From sequence record SRR20825019_904: a DNA stretch of 32,293 nt. One strand, given 5' to 3'. Below the pieces are notes generated by a model. The model ran no database searches. It saw only the letters and a list, made by a program, of their open reading frames with translations, and was not told where the DNA came from. The first letter of the stretch is position 1; each line of letters opens with the position of its first letter. A program made the position numbers and the translations under genes. Below, in pieces: positions 28,201 through 32,293 of this stretch.

Positions 28201-28583
28201 GAGGGATTATCAAGAATTCTTAGTTGAGAGGTGACTTCAATTTGGCTAGTAGAAATGCTTTGTAAAGATTCATTTTGAGTAATAGTAAGATTCTCTACAG
28301 TTATATTTCCTAAACCGTTTAAGTTTAAAAGATCATCATTTTCTATAACCAGTAAGTCTTGAACAGTAGTTAATGAAGAAAGTGGCGATAGGTCTGTAAT
28401 TTGATCTGTAGACACAGCAGTAGTCCCTATTCTTAAATCAATAAGTGTGGTACAGTTTGGAAAGTTGGCGCCAAAATCATCGACATCGGCTTGTGTTCTT
28501 AAATCTGCAAAATTTCCTGTAGGACATTGTGCATAAAATATTGATGTAAAAAGAAGACTAATTAAAAGTAGAAGTTGTTTCAT
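25227..28583 (-). CDS. T9SS-secreted leucine-rich-repeat (receptor-L-like) surface protein with Ig-like/DUF7619-type domains and type A CTD
   Basis: Signal peptide ending FYA-Q; Cys cap QCP..TQADVDDF..NC; about 25 LRRs; SFDPNDK..YLVRFQNTGTASA..DTLS..ANIFFDFNEPIITN; CTD YPNPV..KGVYFV..KRIIKD. Confidence 0.88.
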   Translation of the reverse strand: MKQLLLLISLLFTSIFYAQCPTGNFADLRTQADVDDFGANFPNCTTLIDLRIGTTAVSTDQITDLSPLSSLTTVQDLLVIENDDLLNLNGLGNITVENLTITQNESLQSISTSQIEVTSQLRILDNPSLVSLEGFEGTTMLQVLEISNNPITSLSGLDNLTTVTFSAAINDNDALLNLSGLGGLTLARGLSVNQNNNLQNLNGVGMLTVDNLGISSNVAMSEISTTTSINVTVNLEVNNNTSLDNFTGLEETTHLQDLRLSNNAITSFTGLNNLVEISDFFRIIQSPNITNFTGLDNLVIIESLEVNNNSSLTNLNGLPDATLSFVLISNNPVLQQIATTNTLQVTESLQVLLNDDLNNLQGLETTTSLSNVSISSNTISSLVGLENLTEVTGFLTIASNIILPNLTGLTNLQSVMTLVVEFNEDLINLDGLGSTTIQELAVTDNPSMSSIALTSELEGMQEIEIVDNALLTDLTGLENIVSTSFIGLSGNGITSLNGLQNLESVQNSFIINTNDMLPNLNGLSNLQYVESLTVGLNETMVNLDGVGDIQVAALRLTLSPNVQQPLTQGSIAVTSSIAIEDNPNITNLNGLETTTQVSSISIERNPLLFNINSLENATVVGNVQIIDNSALSNCSIESFCLAIAAGNTNFNIANNATGCNSLQEIEQGCIGVVNSLTGTISFDIDNNGCSTGNAPSEGILVSVENSNGILSTLTDSNGNYVLLLSDNEYTVYINEQSLPSDVSFSPASQTVLFTESETEVTADFCLTSSSSFDDLAVSIFPLEEARPGFETDYLINFENNGTTVLNPTITLMFEDTKMNYLSSTPQETSVTSNMVTWSFSNLQPFQSGSIVFTTDIFQPPTVNGDDILSYTITISPNSNDAIPEDNSQVFEQIVVNSFDPNDKQVTQGESILEAEVPNYLDYLVRFQNTGTASAVNITVTDTLSNNLQWGTLKAVASSHEYRLEVEAGNIVKFIFEDIFLPAEQDDSEGSNGYVAFRIKPVASLTLGESVENTANIFFDFNEPIITNTVTTEVVAPLSVPETSMPKNILLYPNPVNSNLNVETVSGNTVTSIVVTTLTGQRLLTSKNTSINLTSLTKGVYFVTVTTQQGKFIKRIIKD
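26664..28382 (-). repeat. Five 113-114-aa super-repeats of five LRRs each within the T9SS protein
   Basis: Manual parsing gives units starting at residues 68, 181, 295, 409 and 523, with sub-repeat lengths 23/24/21/22/24 in units 2-4. Confidence 0.8.
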
Positions 28584-28651
28584 ATGCTAAGTTAATTAGC
28601 ATACAAAATACAAACTCAAATGTTAAAAAAACCTTAATTTAATACAACAGG

Positions 28652-29653
28652 TTAATTATTAAGCATTTGCCACAACTTGTCTTTAAGTTGTTGTAGCCCT
28701 TGTTGCGCAACAGATGAAATAAATAAATAAGGAACGTTATTAAATTTACCCTTAATTGAAGCGTCTAACTCTCCTTTTAACTCTTCATCTAACATATCGC
28801 TTTTAGATATTGCAATAAGCTTGTCTTTATCTAACAGTTCTGGGTTGTAACGGCGTAGCTCATCTAACAATACCTGATACTGCTCAACAATATCTGGAGC
28901 ATCTGCAGGTATTAAAAATAATAGGGTTGAGTTGCGTTCTATATGTCTTAAAAAGCGATGCCCTAAACCTTTTCCTTCTGCAGCACCTTCAATAATTCCA
29001 GGAATGTCTGCCATTACAAAGGTCTGGTAATCTCGGTACTCTACAATACCCAAATTTGGCTTTAATGTTGTAAACTCATAATTGGCAATCTTGGGTTTTG
29101 CTGCAGTAATTACAGACAATAATGTAGACTTTCCTGCATTTGGAAAACCTACCAAACCAACATCTGCTAGTATTTTAAGCTCAACAGTAACATCTATTTC
29201 TTCGCCTTCTAAACCAGGTTGTGCGTACCTAGGAGTTTGATTTACACTGTTCTTAAAGTGTGTGTTGCCACGGCCGCCTAAACCTCCTTTTGCAATAATT
29301 ATTTCTTGGCCATCATTAATGACTTCATGAAGAATTTCTTCTGTTTCTTTATCTCTTATAACCGTACCTAGAGGCACGTCTATATATTGATCCTCACCAT
29401 CTGCGCCAGACATTTCTTGTTTTCTACCATGTTCTCCATGGCCAGCACTAATGTGTCTTTTAAACTTAAGGTGGTATAATGTCCAAAGGTTTTTATTTCC
29501 TTTAATAATAACGTGACCACCACGACCACCATCACCACCATCTGGGCCTCCTTTTTCTATATACTTTTCTCTGCGCATGTGTGCAGATCCTTGTCCGCCT
29601 TTACCAGATTTAAGGTGCAGCTTTACATAGTCAACAAAATTTCCTTCAGTCAT
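28652..29653 (-). CDS. obgE: GTPase Obg/CgtA
   Basis: FVDYVKL, Gly-rich Obg fold [13 protein letters not shown]1 [10 protein letters not shown]2 YEFTTL, G3 DIPG. Confidence 0.97.
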   Translation of the reverse strand: MTEGNFVDYVKLHLKSGKGGQGSAHMRREKYIEKGGPDGGDGGRGGHVIIKGNKNLWTLYHLKFKRHISAGHGEHGRKQEMSGADGEDQYIDVPLGTVIRDKETEEILHEVINDGQEIIIAKGGLGGRGNTHFKNSVNQTPRYAQPGLEGEEIDVTVELKILADVGLVGFPNAGKSTLLSVITAAKPKIANYEFTTLKPNLGIVEYRDYQTFVMADIPGIIEGAAEGKGLGHRFLRHIERNSTLLFLIPADAPDIVEQYQVLLDELRRYNPELLDKDKLIAISKSDMLDEELKGELDASIKGKFNNVPYLFISSVAQQGLQQLKDKLWQMLNN

Positions 29654-29736
29654 TGGGTGATAGTTTATAGTGATGAATATTTAATATAAGAAGTAAACTT
29701 CATCATACCATATTCGAAATAAAAAATTCGATATTT

Positions 29737-30840
29737 TTAAAGCTTATCTATAGCTTTACTTAGTCTTTCTGTAATTTCATTAATACTACCTACACCATTT
29801 ATACCATGGTATTTATCTTTCTTTTGGTAGTAATCTTTTAAAATTGCAGTTTCATTATAATACACTTTAATTCGGTTTCGTATAACATCCTCATTGGCAT
29901 CATCTTTTCTGCCTGAAGTTTTACCGCGTTCTAATAGGCGCTGTACTAAAACTTCATCTTCTACCTCTAAAGCAATCATAGCATCTATTTGCGAGTCTTT
30001 TTCATCCATTAATTTAGAAAGAGCTTCTGCCTGTGCTTCTGTTCTTGGAAAACCATCAAAAATAAAACCGTTTGCGTCTGCATTTTTATCTACTTCGGCA
30101 TTAAGCATTTTAATAGTAACTTCATCTGGAACTAGGTGTCCTTTATCCATATAAGATTTAGCAAGTGTTCCTAATTCTGTAGCATTTTTAATATTATAGC
30201 GAAATACATCTCCTGTAGATATGTGTACAAGGTTATATTTTTCCTTTAATACTTCTGCTTGAGTTCCTTTTCCTGCGCCTGGAGGGCCAAATAGAACGAT
30301 GTTAGTCATTTTTGTTGGTTTATGTTTATATATATCTTTTAGGTTTCTGCCTAGACCTTTATAATCTAAACCGTATCCTACAATAAATGTATTATCTATT
30401 TCTAAGCCTACATAATCTAATTTGTAATGCTTACCGTATGCAGATGGTTTATAACAAAGAGTTGCTATTTTTATAATTTCTGCACCTTCATTATCAAGAA
30501 TCTGCATAATAGCTTCAATCGTATTACCAGAATCTACAATATCCTCAACTACTACAACTGTACGTCCTTTAAGAGAAGGCTCTGCACCCATTACTGTTGT
30601 GATTTCGCCCTGTTGCATTCCTTCATAAGACGCTACCTTTATAAAGCTTAATTCACACTCATAATTAAAGCGTTTTATTATTTCTGCAGAAAACAAAAAT
30701 GCGCCATTTAATACTGTTAAAAATACAGGTCGTTTATCCTTTAGCTCATCATTTAATTTTACAGCAATGCCATTGATAGCGTGATTAATAGCATCATTGC
30801 CTATAAATTTCTCAAACTGTTTGTCGTGTAATTTTACCAT
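29737..30840 (-). CDS. adk: Fusion of hypoxanthine phosphoribosyltransferase (N-terminal) and adenylate kinase (C-terminal)
   Basis: N-half: VLNGAF, ASY, PRPP motif VVEDIVDSGNT, FIVGYGLDY. C-half from internal Met at 30309: GPPGAGKGTQA, HISTGDVFR, FDGFPRT, short-LID GRKDD. Confidence 0.9.
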   Translation of the reverse strand: MVKLHDKQFEKFIGNDAINHAINGIAVKLNDELKDKRPVFLTVLNGAFLFSAEIIKRFNYECELSFIKVASYEGMQQGEITTVMGAEPSLKGRTVVVVEDIVDSGNTIEAIMQILDNEGAEIIKIATLCYKPSAYGKHYKLDYVGLEIDNTFIVGYGLDYKGLGRNLKDIYKHKPTKMTNIVLFGPPGAGKGTQAEVLKEKYNLVHISTGDVFRYNIKNATELGTLAKSYMDKGHLVPDEVTIKMLNAEVDKNADANGFIFDGFPRTEAQAEALSKLMDEKDSQIDAMIALEVEDEVLVQRLLERGKTSGRKDDANEDVIRNRIKVYYNETAILKDYYQKKDKYHGINGVGSINEITERLSKAIDKL

Positions 30841-30848
30841 AGAGACGG

Positions 30849-30856
30849 CAAAGATA
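30849..30856 (-). promoter_or_regulatory. -7 promoter element for hpt-adk
   Basis: TATCTTTG on the minus strand (30856-30849), 8 nt upstream of the ATG at 30840. Confidence 0.65.
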
Positions 30857-30932
30857 ATGATTACGGCTTTTACCTCATATTCATTCGGCTATTCCTTTAG
30901 AAAGAATTATTTTTACGCAAGACATTTAAGCT

Positions 30933-32090
30933 ATGAACAACTACTTTTCTTCAGATTTTACTATAGGTATTCTTGGCGGAGGCCAGCTAGGTAAAATGTT
31001 ATTATACGAAACACGTAAATACGATATTAGGACTCATGTACTAGATCCTAATCCTCAAGCTCCTTGTAAAATTTCATGTAATAAATTTACAGAAGGTAGT
31101 TTAATGGATTATGACACAGTTTATAACTTTGGAAAACAAGTTGATGTCTTAACTTTTGAAATAGAAGCTGTAAATGTTGAAGCGTTAGAAGCATTAGAAA
31201 AAGAAGGGAAAACAGTATATCCTTCTGCTCAGACACTTAGAAAAATACAGAACAAGGGTGTACAAAAAGAGTTTTACGAATCTAATGGTATACCTACAGC
31301 TCAATTTAAACGCTATGAAACCAAACAACTCTTAACTGAAGCTATAGTTAGAAAAGAACATAGTTTTCCTTTTGTATGGAAAAGTTGTGAAGGCGGTTAT
31401 GATGGTAAAGGTGTGAGCGTTATTAGAGATGATGAAGATCTTATACCGTTACCCGAGGTTTCTTGTATAGCAGAGGAAATGATTCCCTTTAAAAATGAAC
31501 TTGCAGTAATTGTTGTAAGAAATCCTAAAGGTGATGTTAAAACATATCCCGTAGTGGAAATGGAATTTCATCCTGAAGCTAACCAAGTAGAATATGTTAT
31601 ATGTCCTGCAAGGATAGAAAAAACTATTGCAGACAAAGCTAGAACTGTGGCTAAAAAAGTCTCTGAGTCTTTTGAGCACGTGGGTATTTTAGCTGTAGAG
31701 TTATTCCAGACACATAACGATGAGATACTAGTAAATGAAGTAGCGCCAAGACCACATAACTCAGGTCATTTTAGCATAGAAGGTAGCTTCACAAATCAAT
31801 TTGAACAACACTTAAGAGCTATCTTAAATTTAACTTTAGGAAGTACAAAAAGTAAAGTTGGGAGTGTTATGGTAAACCTTGTTGGTGAGGAAGGCTATAC
31901 TGGCCAAGTGTATTACAAAAATATTGAGAACATCATGAGTTTAAATGGTGTAACGCCACATATATATGGTAAACGTGAAACACGACCATTTAGAAAAATG
32001 GGACACGTTACTATTATAGATGAGGACATAAATGAAGCAAGACGAGTTGCTGAAAAAGTAAAACAAAAAATTAAAGTTATTTCTAAATAA
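30933..32090 (+). CDS. purK: N5-carboxyaminoimidazole ribonucleotide synthase
   Basis: GILGGGQLGKML, TFEIE, GGYDGKGV, NEVAPRPHNSGH, YGK..RPFRKMGH; adjacent to purE. Confidence 0.96.
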   Translation: MNNYFSSDFTIGILGGGQLGKMLLYETRKYDIRTHVLDPNPQAPCKISCNKFTEGSLMDYDTVYNFGKQVDVLTFEIEAVNVEALEALEKEGKTVYPSAQTLRKIQNKGVQKEFYESNGIPTAQFKRYETKQLLTEAIVRKEHSFPFVWKSCEGGYDGKGVSVIRDDEDLIPLPEVSCIAEEMIPFKNELAVIVVRNPKGDVKTYPVVEMEFHPEANQVEYVICPARIEKTIADKARTVAKKVSESFEHVGILAVELFQTHNDEILVNEVAPRPHNSGHFSIEGSFTNQFEQHLRAILNLTLGSTKSKVGSVMVNLVGEEGYTGQVYYKNIENIMSLNGVTPHIYGKRETRPFRKMGHVTIIDEDINEARRVAEKVKQKIKVISK

Positions 32091-32096
32091 GTCATT

Positions 32097-32293
32097 ATGC
32101 CAAAAGTTGGAATTATCATGGGAAGTACTAGCGATATGCCAGTTATGCAAGACGCTATAGATATTTTAAGGGAATTTAATATAGATATTGAAGTTGATAT
32201 TGTTTCTGCTCACAGAACACCAGAGAAGTTATTTGATTACAGTAAGAATGCTCACAATCGGGGCATAAATGTAATTATAGCTGGTGCTGGTGG
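32097..32293 (+). CDS. purE: N5-CAIR mutase, 5' part (runs off the window)
   Basis: ATG at 32097 translates [32 protein letters not shown], the PurE signature. Not in the ORF track. Confidence 0.95.
   Translation, partial: MPKVGIIMGSTSDMPVMQDAIDILREFNIDIEVDIVSAHRTPEKLFDYSKNAHNRGINVIIAGAG

Noticed and set aside
25447-28227. Plus-strand ORFs opposite the LRR gene (up to 179 aa at 27280-27819)
   Set aside because: Antisense shadows of a repetitive coding region with no independent protein features.
214-28583. Seven signal-peptidase-I substrates all begin with Gln after cleavage
   Set aside because: Real, but this is the known Bacteroidota Q-rule (pyroglutamate formation), not novel.
28652-29653. 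Obg with G4 motif SKSD instead of NKxD and no long C-terminal domain
   Set aside because: As far as I know this is a usual Bacteroidota variant; the other G motifs are intact.
30797-30994. 65-aa ORF spanning the adk-purK intergenic region
   Set aside because: It overlaps both flanking genes and the promoter and has no recognisable features.
1-32293. CRISPR arrays, tRNA/rRNA genes, IS elements, prophage or defence systems
   Set aside because: No spaced repeats, cloverleaf-like or rRNA-like segments, transposases or defence domains were recognised; intergenic gaps are short and mostly accounted for.

Overview
AT-rich Bacteroidota chromosome, most likely a marine Flavobacteriaceae (TAnnTTTG-type promoters, SusC/SusD pairs, a T9SS C-terminal domain, Gln-start secreted proteins). 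The window starts in the first codons of rpsL (minus strand). On the plus strand follow an Omp85/BamA-TamA-family gene and two tandem SusC-SusD pairs of different subfamilies with two extra acidic lipoproteins; no CAZyme, peptidase or regulator is present. The rest is mostly core genes: rlmB, a rhomboid protease, rarA, a radC-deacetylase-like-yjjG-lipoprotein-DUF5723-like operon, a PaiB-like protein, an Mpl/MurC-like ligase, TPR and DUF4136 proteins, a large T9SS LRR protein, obgE, an HPRT-adenylate kinase fusion, purK and partial purE. I saw no tRNA, rRNA, CRISPR array, integrase or transposase. The most notable observations are: (1) both susC genes share an identical 22-nt 5' leader and nucleotide-conserved signal-peptide codons while later synonymous sites have diverged, which suggests a shared RNA-level control element; (2) the Omp85-SusCD-SusCD-lipoprotein cluster itself; (3) the LRR protein is five 114-aa super-repeats of five LRRs and has no lysine over 814 residues; (4) a structured GC-rich intergenic element resembling the Flavo-1 motif; (5) several apparently leaderless promoters. 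All family calls are by eye; no database search was run.
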